A stretch of 64,000 nucleotides of DNA from Leptonemataceae bacterium (GCA_965227295.1 OZ245742.1:3648001-3712000), one strand, 5' to 3'. Numbered from the stretch's first letter, positions 10,013-20,579 are shown. Numbers and translations are program-made. Notes: generated from the sequence alone by a model not told the origin.

Positions 10013-12103
10013 CTAAGAATTCAACAACGCCCGCAGATTATCCAGGCTGTGCACTGGCCGTTCGCACGCAAGCTGCCGGCAAACGTAGAACGTATCTTTC
10101 TCCGCGACGGCACGATCCGCAAGCAGCGGCACAATCTTCCCGGCCTCGTCACGATTGTCGCCGTGGGCGACGGCCTGCACCGACTCGCCGCTCTGTTCGG
10201 TGGCGAGGGCGTTCAGAACTTCGCGCAAATCATCCAGAGTTCCCGGTGTGACGAGAGCAATCTCCGCCGGCGGTTCCAGGAAGTACGCGAACGTTTTTAA
10301 TAGAAACGAATGCGCCGCGCCCTGTTCGCTGAGCGACGTCGGAAAGGCCGCAAAGATTTTGCGGGCGCGCTCATGGTACGCCGCGGGCTCGACGCCGTAG
10401 AGCGCGAGCGTATGAAACAACCGTGCCGCCGCCGAATTGCCGGAGGGTTCCACACCGTCGTACGACTCGATGGAGCGCACGATGAGGTCGTCGCTGTTCT
10501 CGGACGTCTCGTAGTAGGCGCCGCCGGCTCCGTCGAAGCGCGTGATGATCTGCGCGGCCAGTTCCTGCGCACGTTCGAAGAAGCGCGGCGCAAAGCCGGC
10601 GCGGTACAGATCCAGGCACGCGTTGCCCAGGAGCGCGTAGTCCGGCAGTGTCGCCGGGATGCGCGCTTCGCCTTCGCGGTAACGGCGCAGCAACGAACCG
10701 TCGGCCTGGCGCATCGTCTGCCAGAGAAAGTCCGCGGCCTTTTCGGCGCGCGCGTAGAGTTCGGTGTCGTCGAAGGCTCGTGCGGCCTGGGAGAGGGCCG
10801 AGATCATGAGGGCGTTCCAGGACGTGAGAATCTTATCGTCGCGCAGCGGGCGGATGCGTTTGTTGCGTTCCGCGAGCAGCGCCGTGCGGGCGCGGTCCAC
10901 GGTCTTTTGCCAGGCCGCGGCGTCGGTGCCGGCGGGCAGGCCGGCGACGAAACGTTCCCGGGGCAGGCCCTCGTGCAGGATGTTCTTGCCCTCCCAGTTG
11001 CCGCGCATGGACAGCCCCCAGAATTCGGCGAGGAGCTTGCGTTCGTCTCCGGAAAAACCGGCCGAGCTTAATGTTTGATCAAAATCACTTAAGCTCCAGA
11101 CGTAGAACTTGCCTTCCTCACCTTCGCTGTCCGCGTCCTCCGCCGAGTAGAACGCCCCTTCCGGCGAGGTCATGTCCCGACGCAGATACTCACAGACGTC
11201 CCGGCCCCAATCACGGTAACGTTCGTTGCCGGTGAGACGATAGCTATCGGTCAGGGCCCACAGAAAGAGCGCGTTGTCGTAGAGCATCTTCTCGAAGTGC
11301 GGGACGAGCCAGTCGTGGTCCGTGGCGTAACGCGAAAGTCCGCCGCCGATCTGATCGTAGATGCCGCCGCGCCGCATGTGGTCCAGGGTTTCCTCCACCA
11401 TGCGCAGGGCGTGGGCCTCGCCGCTGCGGCGATAGTACGTGAGCAAAAAGAGCAGGCCCATGGACGGCGGAAACTTGTTCGGCCCGTTGCTTGTGAAACC
11501 GCCGCTGTATTCGTCGAAGAGCTGGGAGTACTGGCGGAACGTCGCCTCCAGGGCCTCCGCTCCCGGAATTTCACCGCCGCCGGAAGCCGACTCCTGTTTC
11601 AGGAAGTTGTGCAACGCCGTGGCGGACTCGTCGATCTTCGCGCGGTTGTTCTGCCACATGTTATCGATGGACTCGAGGACCTGGCGAAACGACGGCCGCC
11701 CGAAGGCCGGCTGCGGCGGGAAATACGTACCGCCGGTAATGGGCAATAACTCCGGCGTGAGGAACATGTTCAACGGCCAGCCGCCGTGTTGGCCGGTGGC
11801 GTGCAGGGCCTTCATGTAGATCTGATCGACGTCCGGTCGTTCCTCGCGGTCGAGCTTAATCGCTACAAATTTTGCATTAAGGATGGCGGCGGTGTCTTCG
11901 TTCTCGAAGGACTCGCGTTCCATGACGTGACACCAGTGGCACGTGGCGTAGCCGATGCTGAGTAAGATCGGTTTGTTTTCCGTGCGAGCCTTAGAAAAGG
12001 CTTCGTCGCCCCAGGGGTACCAGTCGACCGGATTGTGGGCGTGTTGCAGCAAGTACGGCGACTTTTCGTTGGCGAGGCGGTTCGTGTGTTTGGGTTCGGA
12101 CAT
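10013..12103 (-). CDS. YyaL/SSP411-like thioredoxin-domain protein (DUF255)
   Basis: '[24 protein letters not shown]', 'CHWCHVM', '[10 protein letters not shown]'. Confidence 0.95.
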   Translation of the reverse strand: MSEPKHTNRLANEKSPYLLQHAHNPVDWYPWGDEAFSKARTENKPILLSIGYATCHWCHVMERESFENEDTAAILNAKFVAIKLDREERPDVDQIYMKALHATGQHGGWPLNMFLTPELLPITGGTYFPPQPAFGRPSFRQVLESIDNMWQNNRAKIDESATALHNFLKQESASGGGEIPGAEALEATFRQYSQLFDEYSGGFTSNGPNKFPPSMGLLFLLTYYRRSGEAHALRMVEETLDHMRRGGIYDQIGGGLSRYATDHDWLVPHFEKMLYDNALFLWALTDSYRLTGNERYRDWGRDVCEYLRRDMTSPEGAFYSAEDADSEGEEGKFYVWSLSDFDQTLSSAGFSGDERKLLAEFWGLSMRGNWEGKNILHEGLPRERFVAGLPAGTDAAAWQKTVDRARTALLAERNKRIRPLRDDKILTSWNALMISALSQAARAFDDTELYARAEKAADFLWQTMRQADGSLLRRYREGEARIPATLPDYALLGNACLDLYRAGFAPRFFERAQELAAQIITRFDGAGGAYYETSENSDDLIVRSIESYDGVEPSGNSAAARLFHTLALYGVEPAAYHERARKIFAAFPTSLSEQGAAHSFLLKTFAYFLEPPAEIALVTPGTLDDLREVLNALATEQSGESVQAVAHGDNRDEAGKIVPLLADRAVAEKDTFYVCRQLACERPVHSLDNLRALLNS

Positions 12104-12182
12104 GCTGGCTCGAAGTTAAATGAGAATCCGGGAGATCGGAAAGGGGAATCAAGAAAGGGAAAACAAAGAGTAAGACTAAGAT

Positions 12183-12300
12183 GGGCGCCCCCGCCGCTGG
12201 TGCGGCGGTCGGGCTGCTCCGGGCTCGCTATTCGCTCGGCCTCGCGACTTCGTCGCGAGTCTGGCGCTACGCGCCACCCTCCGCATCCCTGGCGCGAAGA
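12183..12300 (-). repeat. Family A element, copy 3
   Basis: Minus strand reads TCTTCGCGCCAGGGATGCGGAGGG...GCCCGACCGCCGC...GGCGCCC. Confidence 0.85.
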
Positions 12301-12330
12301 GACGAAACTCTGGTGATGCGCTGCGGATGG

Positions 12331-12723
12331 TTATTCCGCGGCCGGGGCATTCAGGGCCTGGGCTTCGCGTTGTTCGCGCAGTACGTCCGGTTCGTCTGGG
12401 ATGTTCCGGCCGAAGATGTCGATCACGGAAAAGCTCACCAGGATGACGAACAGGATAATCGGGAACAGGAGTCCGTACCCCTTTACCAGGGTCGTCTCAT
12501 AGCGCATGTGCATGAATACCAGGATGACCAATGAGGCTTTGATCGTCGCGATGATCATGGCGATGACGACGTTGGTGACGAAGCCGCCGCCGATGACGAC
12601 GCCCCAGTCCACATAAGAGACGGCCACTGTGATGACCGTCAGCACCAGCAGGGCGATGCCGGTGAGGATGTAGTTTTTCCGGGGGACAATGTGCCCGCGG
12701 CTCTCTTGATCAGGTATATGCAT
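12331..12723 (-). CDS. ctaF: Cytochrome c oxidase subunit IV family protein
   Basis: 'ALLVLTVITV', 'KASLVILVFMHMRYE'; last gene of the oxidase operon. Confidence 0.85.
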   Translation of the reverse strand: MHIPDQESRGHIVPRKNYILTGIALLVLTVITVAVSYVDWGVVIGGGFVTNVVIAMIIATIKASLVILVFMHMRYETTLVKGYGLLFPIILFVILVSFSVIDIFGRNIPDEPDVLREQREAQALNAPAAE

Positions 12724-12761
12724 GTGTTCGTCCTGTAATGATCCTTTAGGCTGTGTCCGCG

Positions 12762-13520
12762 CTATCGCACCAGGTAAAAGAGCGGGAAGACGTAGATCCA
12801 GATGAGGTCCACAAGGTGCCAGTAGAGGGTGCCGTTCTCCACCGGCGTGTAGTACCAGTGCGAGTAGCGTCCCTGAATGTTCTTCCAGAGCAGTACCGCG
12901 ATAATGCCCATGCCGATGAGAACGTGCAGGCCGTGGACGCCGGTCATGAGAAAGTAGAACGTAAAGAACAGGTCAATGCCGTGGCGGTAGTGCGAGATCT
13001 CGGCGTTACGCTCGGACGACTCGATTTCTCCCGCCGCGATCTTCGCATCGACGATCTTCGCAATTTCGGCGTCGGTGTTGGCGTAGCTGTGGTGGTCGTG
13101 AGAATCCAGCGGGATGATCATCTCGGCGCTGCCCGGCAGGATGCCGTGGGAGAACTTACCGCTATACTCGATGTACTTGATCACCATGAACACGCCGGCG
13201 AAGGCGATCGTCAGCGCGAGCATGATGTTCGCGAGTTTCTTCTTGCCGCGCTGCACGGAGTCCAGGGCAAGCACGGCCGTCACCGAACTGAGGATCAGCA
13301 CGATCGTGTTGATGCCCCCCATCACCTTATCCAGGGAGTGGTGCGCCACCTTGAACGGTTCCACGAACTTCGCGTGGAAGATGGTGAAAGCGGCGAACAT
13401 CACCGCGAAGAGCAGGAGTTCCGTGGCCAGGAAGAGCCACATGCCCATCTTCGAGCCTTCGTAGCCGCCCAGTTCCTCGTGGGCGGGGTGATGATCACGT
13501 ATTGCGTGTGCGTCTGCCAT
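12762..13520 (-). CDS. ctaE: Cytochrome c oxidase subunit III
   Basis: 'GMWLFLATE', 'TGVHGLHV', 'YWHLVDLIW'. Confidence 0.95.
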   Translation of the reverse strand: MADAHAIRDHHPAHEELGGYEGSKMGMWLFLATELLLFAVMFAAFTIFHAKFVEPFKVAHHSLDKVMGGINTIVLILSSVTAVLALDSVQRGKKKLANIMLALTIAFAGVFMVIKYIEYSGKFSHGILPGSAEMIIPLDSHDHHSYANTDAEIAKIVDAKIAAGEIESSERNAEISHYRHGIDLFFTFYFLMTGVHGLHVLIGMGIIAVLLWKNIQGRYSHWYYTPVENGTLYWHLVDLIWIYVFPLFYLVR

Positions 13521-13586
13521 AGTTCAGTGCGTCCGTGTTGTGTTTAATCTCGTATGTAGTCAGGTTAGCGTTTTGCGAACGATCGA

Positions 13587-15215
13587 TTAACCGGCGATTT
13601 TGTCCGGCGCCGCGTGATGACCGCTTTTGTCCGTGGCGTAGTCGTAGACGCCGTTCGCCGGGAACTGCGGGATCGTGTGGAAGTTCGTGGGCGGCGGCGG
13701 CGTGCTCGTTCTCCATTCCATGCCGAGGGACTCGAACTCGTTGTCCTCGGCCTTGCGACCGCGGAAGGCCGAATACATGAGGTGGCCCAGGATGAACAGA
13801 TAGGAGAAGCCGTTGAACCACGAGCCGATCGTCGAGATCGTATGCCAGGTCTGGAACTGCGGCAAATAGTCGTAGTAACGCCGCGGCATGCCTTCGAGTC
13901 CCAGGAAGAACTGCGGGAAGAACGTTAAGTTAAAGCCGATGAACAAGAACAGCCAGCCCCAGAAGGCTTTTTTCTCGTTGTACATGCGCCCCGTGAGGAG
14001 CGGGAACCAGTAGTGCAGGCCCGCGAAGAGCGCGATCACCGTGCCCCCCTGCATTGTATAGTGGAAGTGCGCGACCACGAAGTAGGTGTCGTGCAGGAAG
14101 ACGTCCGTTGCGAGGACGGCCAGGTGGACACCGGTGAGGCCGGCAATCGAGAACATGAAGACAAAGCCCAGGGCGTAGAGCATCGGTGCCTTGAACGAGA
14201 TGGAGCCCTTCCATAGAGTGGAGATCCAGTTGAAGACTTTGATGGCCGTCGGCACCGCCACGAAGAACGTTAGGAACGAGAAGATGTAGCGCGCCCAGTC
14301 GGACATGCCCGAAACGAACATGTGGTGGCCCCAGACGATGAACGAAACCAGCGCGATGGCCAGCGAAGAATAGGCGATGGCCTTGTAACCGAAGATCGGC
14401 CGCTTCGCGAAGACCGGCAGGATTTCGGAAATGATGCCGAAGCCCGGAAGAACCATGATGTAGACGACCGGGTGCGAGTAAAACCAGAAGAACTGCTCAA
14501 ATAAAATGGGATCCCCGCCCTTCGCGGGGTTGAAGATGCCGATGTCGAGCACGCGTTCCATGATCAGCATCACGAGAGTCATACCGATGATGGGCGTTGC
14601 AAGCACCTGGATGATGGACGTGGCGTAGAGGGCCCAGACCATGAGCGGCAGTTTATCCCAGGTAAGACCCGGGCAGCGCATGCGGTGGATGGTGACAATG
14701 AAGTTGAAGCCGGTCATGACCGACGAGAAACCCATGACGAAGGCGCCCAGGGTGAGCCAGAGGACCAGGGAGTTGGACTTCATGGAGTAAGGGGCGTAGA
14801 ACGTCCAGCCGGTGTCCGCGGGGGAGAGCAGGGAGACGAGGGCGATGGTGGCGCCGATGAGGTAAACGTACCAGCTTCCTAAGTTAATGCGCGGGAACGC
14901 TACGTCCTTCGCGCCGAGCTGCAGCGGCAGGATGAAGTTACCGAGGGTCGCCGGAATACCGGGCACAATAAAGAGAAAGACCATGACCGCGCCGTGCAAA
15001 GTCATGAGCACGTTGTAGGTCTGCGCGCCGACGATGGTGGCGCCCGGGGCGATCAGCTCCAGGCGTACCAGCAGCGCCGAGGTGCCGCCGATGATGAAGA
15101 ACCCCAGGATCGCGTAGAGGTACATGATCCCGATTTTCTTGTGGTCCGTGGTGGTCGCCCAGCCCCAGAAACCGCGGCCGACCTGATAAAACGATGATGC
15201 TTCTGCGTGTGCCAT
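13587..15215 (-). CDS. ctaD: Cytochrome c oxidase subunit I (A2 type)
   Basis: 'TTDHKKIG', 'WFYSHPVVY', 'WGHHM', 'VVAHFHY'. Confidence 0.97.
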   Translation of the reverse strand: MAHAEASSFYQVGRGFWGWATTTDHKKIGIMYLYAILGFFIIGGTSALLVRLELIAPGATIVGAQTYNVLMTLHGAVMVFLFIVPGIPATLGNFILPLQLGAKDVAFPRINLGSWYVYLIGATIALVSLLSPADTGWTFYAPYSMKSNSLVLWLTLGAFVMGFSSVMTGFNFIVTIHRMRCPGLTWDKLPLMVWALYATSIIQVLATPIIGMTLVMLIMERVLDIGIFNPAKGGDPILFEQFFWFYSHPVVYIMVLPGFGIISEILPVFAKRPIFGYKAIAYSSLAIALVSFIVWGHHMFVSGMSDWARYIFSFLTFFVAVPTAIKVFNWISTLWKGSISFKAPMLYALGFVFMFSIAGLTGVHLAVLATDVFLHDTYFVVAHFHYTMQGGTVIALFAGLHYWFPLLTGRMYNEKKAFWGWLFLFIGFNLTFFPQFFLGLEGMPRRYYDYLPQFQTWHTISTIGSWFNGFSYLFILGHLMYSAFRGRKAEDNEFESLGMEWRTSTPPPPTNFHTIPQFPANGVYDYATDKSGHHAAPDKIAG

Positions 15216-15270
15216 AATAGTTGTGCTCCCGTATCGGGTTCGTAACCTTCTTTCGATGATACCTCAGCGC

Positions 15271-16227
15271 TTATTGCAGCGTTTTCATGTAAGCGATGAC
15301 CGACTGGATTTGCGGTTCGCTGAGTCCCTGGGCCGGCATGGCCGCGGGGTAACCTTCCACGATCTGCGCGTTGGGATTCAGAATGGAATTGCGGATGTAG
15401 TTCTCGTCCGCGACCACCGCGGTGCCGTCGGCCATACTCCGCTCGGCGCCCCAGAGACCCTGGAAAGACGGGCCGACGATGCGCGAGCCGTCCGTCGAGT
15501 GGCAGGCCTTGCAGTTCGCCGCGTAGAGGGCCTCGCCTTTTTCCGGGCTGATGTCGCCGGCTTCTTTTTCGATGACGGCCAGTTGGTTCTTGAACGCGTC
15601 TTCTTTGAGGACGATGGCCTTGCCGATCATGGCGCTGTGGTCTTTACCGCAGTACTCGGTGCAGTAGATGTCGTAGACCATGCGATCGCCTTCGAACTTG
15701 CTCGGCTCAAAGTAGACGTAGGTGAAAATGTTCGGAGTGACGTCCTCTTTCACGCGGAACGCCGGGATAAAGAACGAATGCAGGACGTCTTTGGACTTCA
15801 TGACCAGTTTCGTGGGCCGGCCTTCCATTAAATAGACGTCGTTGTAAGATTTGATCTGGGTCGCTTTCTCCGGCTCCTGGCGGAACTCGGCGGGGTAGGT
15901 GTACTCCCAGGCCCACTGCTTGCCCTCGACCGCGATGATCATGGTGTTATCGGGGAATTTACCGGGACGCATTTCGAGGAATTCGATCATGCCCCAGATG
16001 TAGAGCCAGACGAAGACGATGGACGGGATGACGGTCCAGACGACCTCGATGGTGGTGCTGTGGGCGATGGGGGACGTTTTGTCGTCTTTGCCGCGGCGGC
16101 GGTACTGGATGACGAAGTACATCAGCACGCCGTTGACCAGGAGAAATGCGAGCACAGTGATGATATTGATCCAGAGCATGAGGTTGTCATGCCCGGCACA
16201 GTATTCCGATCCACACTCAATGTACAT
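15271..16227 (-). CDS. ctaC: Cytochrome c oxidase subunit II with C-terminal cytochrome c domain (caa3 type)
   Basis: 'DVLHSF', CuA motif 'CTEYCGKDHSAM', heme c motif 'CKACH'. Confidence 0.95.
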   Translation of the reverse strand: MYIECGSEYCAGHDNLMLWINIITVLAFLLVNGVLMYFVIQYRRRGKDDKTSPIAHSTTIEVVWTVIPSIVFVWLYIWGMIEFLEMRPGKFPDNTMIIAVEGKQWAWEYTYPAEFRQEPEKATQIKSYNDVYLMEGRPTKLVMKSKDVLHSFFIPAFRVKEDVTPNIFTYVYFEPSKFEGDRMVYDIYCTEYCGKDHSAMIGKAIVLKEDAFKNQLAVIEKEAGDISPEKGEALYAANCKACHSTDGSRIVGPSFQGLWGAERSMADGTAVVADENYIRNSILNPNAQIVEGYPAAMPAQGLSEPQIQSVIAYMKTLQ

Positions 16228-16289
16228 GTAAGCGATACCTTCTATAAATCAGGGCGAATGCTTCCAGTCTTGAGATTCGGGCGATCCGC

Positions 16290-17108
16290 TCAAGCTTTTT
16301 CCGCCTTTTCTCCCCTGCGAACGAAAAATATTAGTCCTACGATGAATATTACCGTGAGAACGCCGCCGATCCGCATGATCGCCCACATGTACGGCGTGTA
16401 CTTTCCTTCTTGCGGATCGAAGCGGAAGCAGTACAGGAAAATTTTCTCCGCGGTGTTGCCGATTTGGCCGTACGAACTCTCGATCAGCGAAAGCCGGAAG
16501 GTAGCCTCCTCGAAGGTTACGCCGTAGAGATAGCGAGTGATCTTCCCCTCGGGCCCCGCCATAACAATGACCGCCGCGTGGCTGTAGTCCTCTTCGCCGT
16601 CCGGGCGGTATTGATATCCAATCGCATCCATAACAGCGGCGATGGACGCCGGATCGCCGGTGAGGAACTGCCAGGCCTCCGGTTTTAAGGGCGGATCGAA
16701 GCTTCCGCGCATCTCACGGCCCTTGCGTGCGGCGTCCGCCGGGCCTTCCTCGGGCTTGAAGCTGATGGAAACGATGGTATAGTCCCGGCCCGGTATCAGG
16801 CCGCGGGTGGCCTTTGTCGCCGCCGCGGCCTTCTGCACCCCGCGAAAGATGAACGTGCACAGTCGCGGGCAGGTAAAGTAGGATGGGATGAGGATGACGG
16901 GCTTTTGTGCCGTACCGAAGAAATCGCCCAGGCGGACGGCCTTGCCGTTCTCGTCGGTGAGCACGGTATCGAGCGGGAGCTGCCCGCCCAGATTCTCCGT
17001 CGTTTCGAGGCCCTCGGGGTCGCGTGTGGGCTCGGCAAAGAGCGGGGAAACCGCGAGCAGGGCGGCAATGAGGAGGATGGGACGGATGGCGGAGGGGTGG
17101 CGGCTCAT
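16290..17108 (-). CDS. SCO family copper chaperone
   Basis: 'YFTCPRLC' CxxxC, 'YSH', 'ITRYLYG'; heads the cox operon. Confidence 0.9.
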   Translation of the reverse strand: MSRHPSAIRPILLIAALLAVSPLFAEPTRDPEGLETTENLGGQLPLDTVLTDENGKAVRLGDFFGTAQKPVILIPSYFTCPRLCTFIFRGVQKAAAATKATRGLIPGRDYTIVSISFKPEEGPADAARKGREMRGSFDPPLKPEAWQFLTGDPASIAAVMDAIGYQYRPDGEEDYSHAAVIVMAGPEGKITRYLYGVTFEEATFRLSLIESSYGQIGNTAEKIFLYCFRFDPQEGKYTPYMWAIMRIGGVLTVIFIVGLIFFVRRGEKAEKA

Positions 17109-17228
17109 ATTTTGTTGTTTTCGCTTCAGCTCTCTTATGAAAAAATGACGGAAATCTGCGCCGTCAAGCTGGAACCGGCAAACGGAACGAAGTCCGCGCA
17201 GTACGGAAATTATTCGGAGAACTTTCGC

Positions 17229-17822
17229 ATGTACCATCGCATCCTGCTCAGCATCCTCTGTCTTTTGACGCTGTCTCTGTGGCAATGCTCATCTTCCCAG
17301 GAGGACACGGCCCCCGCCGATGACTCTGAAACGATGGAGAAAGGCGAGGAGAGCGGTACGGACCGGGACGGTGGAATGCTCGGCGAGGGCTGTGTGCTCG
17401 GCAACTGTGAAAACGGCACGGGCACCTTCGTCTATCCGAACGGCGACAAATACGTCGGCGAGTTCAAGGACGGTGTGCGCAGCGGTCAGGGTACTTTCGA
17501 GTATGCCAACGGCGATCGCTTTACCGGCGGCTACGCCAACGGCAAGCGCAACGGCAAGGGCACCTACATCTTCGCCAACGGCGATCGCTACGTCGGCATG
17601 TTCAAAGACGGCGTTCGCCAGGGGGATGGAGTCTACACGTTCGCGGCGGACGGCGTCTTCCGCGGCCAGTTCGAGAACGACGGCAACGCCGGTGACGGCG
17701 TCTTCGTGAATAACGACAAGACCTTCGAATGCGATCTGCGCAACCGCGGCCTGTACTGTGAAGAAGCCGATTCGCAGAAGGTCATCAAAGAAGCCGTCGA
17801 CGACAGCGGCACCGTCCAGTAA
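17229..17822 (+). CDS. MORN-repeat lipoprotein
   Basis: Lipoprotein-like signal 'LSLWQC'; repeats of 'NGDKYVGEFKDGVRSGQGTF'. Confidence 0.88.
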   Translation: MYHRILLSILCLLTLSLWQCSSSQEDTAPADDSETMEKGEESGTDRDGGMLGEGCVLGNCENGTGTFVYPNGDKYVGEFKDGVRSGQGTFEYANGDRFTGGYANGKRNGKGTYIFANGDRYVGMFKDGVRQGDGVYTFAADGVFRGQFENDGNAGDGVFVNNDKTFECDLRNRGLYCEEADSQKVIKEAVDDSGTVQ

Positions 17823-17831
17823 TTCGGACGC

Positions 17832-18749
17832 GTGTCCGCGCGCGAAGTACAGCTCAAGCTACCTCACCTGACCCTGGCCGCGAAGGCCTGGGGACCATCT
17901 CACGAAGACATCCTGGCCGGGCGCGTTCCCGGCCGCATTGCCGTCGCGTTGCACGGCTGGCTCGATAACGCGGCGAGCTTTGATCAGCTTGCCCCGCTGT
18001 TGCCGGCGGACCTGGCACTCATTGCCCTCGACCTGCCCGGCCACGGCCTCTCGGGTCGCCATGCCGCCGGCGCATCCATCTATTTTCTCGATCACGTAGG
18101 CGTGTTGATGCAGGCGATCGAGGCCCTGGGCATGGAGATCGCGAAGGCCGGCTCGAACGAAAGTGACGGGCCGAAGATCATCCTGATGGGCCACAGCATG
18201 GGCGCCGGCATCAGCACGCTCGCGGCCGGTACGTTTCCGGAAGTATTTTCGCACGTCGTCCTGATCGACGGCATGGGGCCGCTCTCCGACGAAGACGAAC
18301 GTGCGCCGGAGCGTTTGCGCAACTTCATTGAGCACGCGAGTGATCTTCCGGATTCATCGGTCTATCCCGACATCGACCAGGCCGTGCGTGCGCGCAAACG
18401 CGTGGGCGGCTTAAGCGAAGACTCCGCGCGGCGCCTGGTGGAACGGAACATCGTGCGTTCATTGGAAGATACCGGCTACGTCTGGCGGACCGACCCGCGT
18501 TTGAAACTGCCGTCGCCGGTACGATTGACCGAACGCCAGGTTGTCGCGTTCCTCGCGGCAATCACGGCACCGGTGTTGTTGGTGCTCGCGGAAGATTCGC
18601 AGTTTCGCGGTTACGAGGATTTGATTACCGGGCGCGCCGCGCACGTAAAGGCACCGGTCGAGATTGTGAAGTTAAGCGGCGGACATCATCTGCACCTGGA
18701 GAATGCGGGGGACGTGGCGGAAGCGGTGGGGGTGTTTTTGGCTGGTTAA
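17832..18749 (+). CDS. Alpha/beta fold hydrolase
   Basis: 'LHGWLDN', 'DLPGHG', 'GHSMG', 'GGHHLH'. Confidence 0.92.
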   Translation: MSAREVQLKLPHLTLAAKAWGPSHEDILAGRVPGRIAVALHGWLDNAASFDQLAPLLPADLALIALDLPGHGLSGRHAAGASIYFLDHVGVLMQAIEALGMEIAKAGSNESDGPKIILMGHSMGAGISTLAAGTFPEVFSHVVLIDGMGPLSDEDERAPERLRNFIEHASDLPDSSVYPDIDQAVRARKRVGGLSEDSARRLVERNIVRSLEDTGYVWRTDPRLKLPSPVRLTERQVVAFLAAITAPVLLVLAEDSQFRGYEDLITGRAAHVKAPVEIVKLSGGHHLHLENAGDVAEAVGVFLAG

Positions 18750-18753
18750 AACC

Positions 18754-19445
18754 TCAAGGAGCGTCCATGCGGAGATATGCCTGTTGCTCCGGAATTAAGT
18801 CATCGAACTCAGTGGACCGGACGTAGACATTAACCGGCTTTTTGAAGCCGCGGATCTTCAGGGAAATTCGCTCCATGCCTTCGATCTTTCTGTTGGACTG
18901 TGCCTCGGCACAATAGCTGATTTTTCCGTTAATTTTTTGCAGTCGTGAGGCTAAGTTAATGCAGGTGCCAACGAAGTCTTCGGGTAAACCGTAATCGTGC
19001 GAGTTTGGTGAGTAGGCTGATACCTCCCCAAACGAGAGTCCGCAGCGCAGTTTTTGGGGTAAGTGGGCGTAATGGCTTTGGTGGTAGCCGAAGAAAGGCG
19101 TAACGTGCTGATTCCTTGAAGGAGCAAATCCATGCAAATTTGGATTGTATGAAATTATCAGGTCGCGCAGGTATTTGATTAAATTGTCTTCTTGGAGTTC
19201 TGGGGGATCATCCTCATCCGGAACCAATCTCCAGAGAAACAAAAAAGCATCGCCTAAGAACTTTAAAAATAGGGTCGTTCAACACTTTTCCCCTCAGGGT
19301 CCAGTGCTTTCATTGTTCGTAAAACCCAGTCGGTAAAGTCGACTGCAAATTTCTGGATCAGCGCAGGATTTTCAGAGCAGAACCATGTAAATCCTTCCAG
19401 GTCGATTACAGCGGCTGCTTCATTAATCTTTTGATCTGTTGGCAT
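18754..19445 (-). pseudogene. Class III adenylate/guanylate cyclase catalytic domain split by a -1 frameshift near 19265
   Basis: ORF 19445..19263 carries 'IDLEGFT'. The -1 frame continues 'KFLGDAF' ... 'EDFVGTCINLASRLQ'. AT-richer than the flanks. Confidence 0.75.
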
Positions 19446-19701
19446 GGATTCTTTCCTTTCGTCGAGACAGCAGTTTGAGTACGGTCGTCTCACCTTTCTC
19501 ATAGTCCACGAAGCTGCCGAAATTGGCGCCGAAAACCCCACCCGGTCAACCAGAAAATGTCACACCCCCATGCGATACTAAGCCGGGATCAAGTGTCATT
19601 GCGATTCGCCGGAGGACCCGCCGCGTCGATACGAATCACCTCAAAACATTCCCGCCGGATTTGCTAATTTCCGCAGATCGTCTCGCCGGGCGATCTCCCG
19701 A

Positions 19702-19728
19702 TTGACATGTCTCCGGATCTGCTATAAT
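19702..19728 (+). promoter_or_regulatory. Sigma70-type promoter (TTGACA-N15-TATAAT with extended -10 TG)
   Basis: Both hexamers are perfect consensus, 26 bp upstream of an ATG with a GGGGAGG RBS. The spacer is short. Confidence 0.6.
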
Positions 19729-19754
19729 GGAAGCACTCCTCGGGGAGGCCGATC

Positions 19755-20558
19755 ATGCAGTACGACATAGCATCCAGGGAACTCATGATTATCAGCGGCC
19801 AAAAGATCCTGCAACGCTTCCTGCGTCGCGATCTTTCAGCAGTTCATACGATAGAAGAATTGCCGACAGAAACCGTTAATATCCGCCGATCCGATGCGCC
19901 GGTGAAGATGACGCTCTTAGACGGCGAAGAGCGTGTCGTCCTTGTGGAGTATCAGACGAACTGGGAGACGGGGCTGCCGATGCGTTTGGTGGAATATCAT
20001 GCGCGCTACTGGCTGCGATACCGCATTCCGGTCGATACGCTGGTCTTTCTGATTCGTCCGCACAAAGATGCACATGCGAGTTTCGAAAACCACGCCCTGA
20101 GGTTTCGTTATCATCTGGTGAAACTCTGGGAATTGCCCGCCGCGGAATTCATTCATGCAGAGCCGCCGCTGCTTCCGTTTATCCCCCTAATGGAGGACGG
20201 CGATCAATACATCCACCATGCGCAGGATCGCATTCAAGCGAGCAAACTTTCCGACGAAGAAAAAACCAGTTTACTTACTGTTTTATGCATCTATACTGGA
20301 GTCTACGATCCCGCCCGCGCGCGGGAAGTCTTAGACCGGGCAGGCAGGCTTATGTTTGAATCACCTGTATACGATTGGATCAAACAAGAAGGCGTTGAAG
20401 AGGGTCGTGAAGAGGGCATCGAGGAAGGCCGCGAGCAAGGCCGACTCGAAACCGCTCAGCGCATGTTAGAGCGCGGTATCGATCTTGCGACCGTGCTGGA
20501 CGTTACCGAACTTTCGGAAGATCTGCTGCGGCAACGCGGGGTTCTGCCGGCGGAGTAG
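19755..20558 (+). CDS. Rpn/YhgA-like PD-(D/E)xK recombination-promoting nuclease / putative transposase
   Basis: 'RRSD...LVEYQT' (ExQ variant); C-terminal 'EGVEEGREEGIEEGREQG...AQRML..G' tail. Confidence 0.8.
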   Translation: MQYDIASRELMIISGQKILQRFLRRDLSAVHTIEELPTETVNIRRSDAPVKMTLLDGEERVVLVEYQTNWETGLPMRLVEYHARYWLRYRIPVDTLVFLIRPHKDAHASFENHALRFRYHLVKLWELPAAEFIHAEPPLLPFIPLMEDGDQYIHHAQDRIQASKLSDEEKTSLLTVLCIYTGVYDPARAREVLDRAGRLMFESPVYDWIKQEGVEEGREEGIEEGREQGRLETAQRMLERGIDLATVLDVTELSEDLLRQRGVLPAE

Positions 20559-20579
20559 GCCCGCATCCCCGACCATCTC

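Noticed and set aside
16186..16227. 'CGSEYCAGH' at the CtaC N-terminus resembling a second CuA motif
   Set aside because: The spacing is wrong and the segment corresponds to the ordinary pre-TM1 region; the true CuA motif lies downstream.
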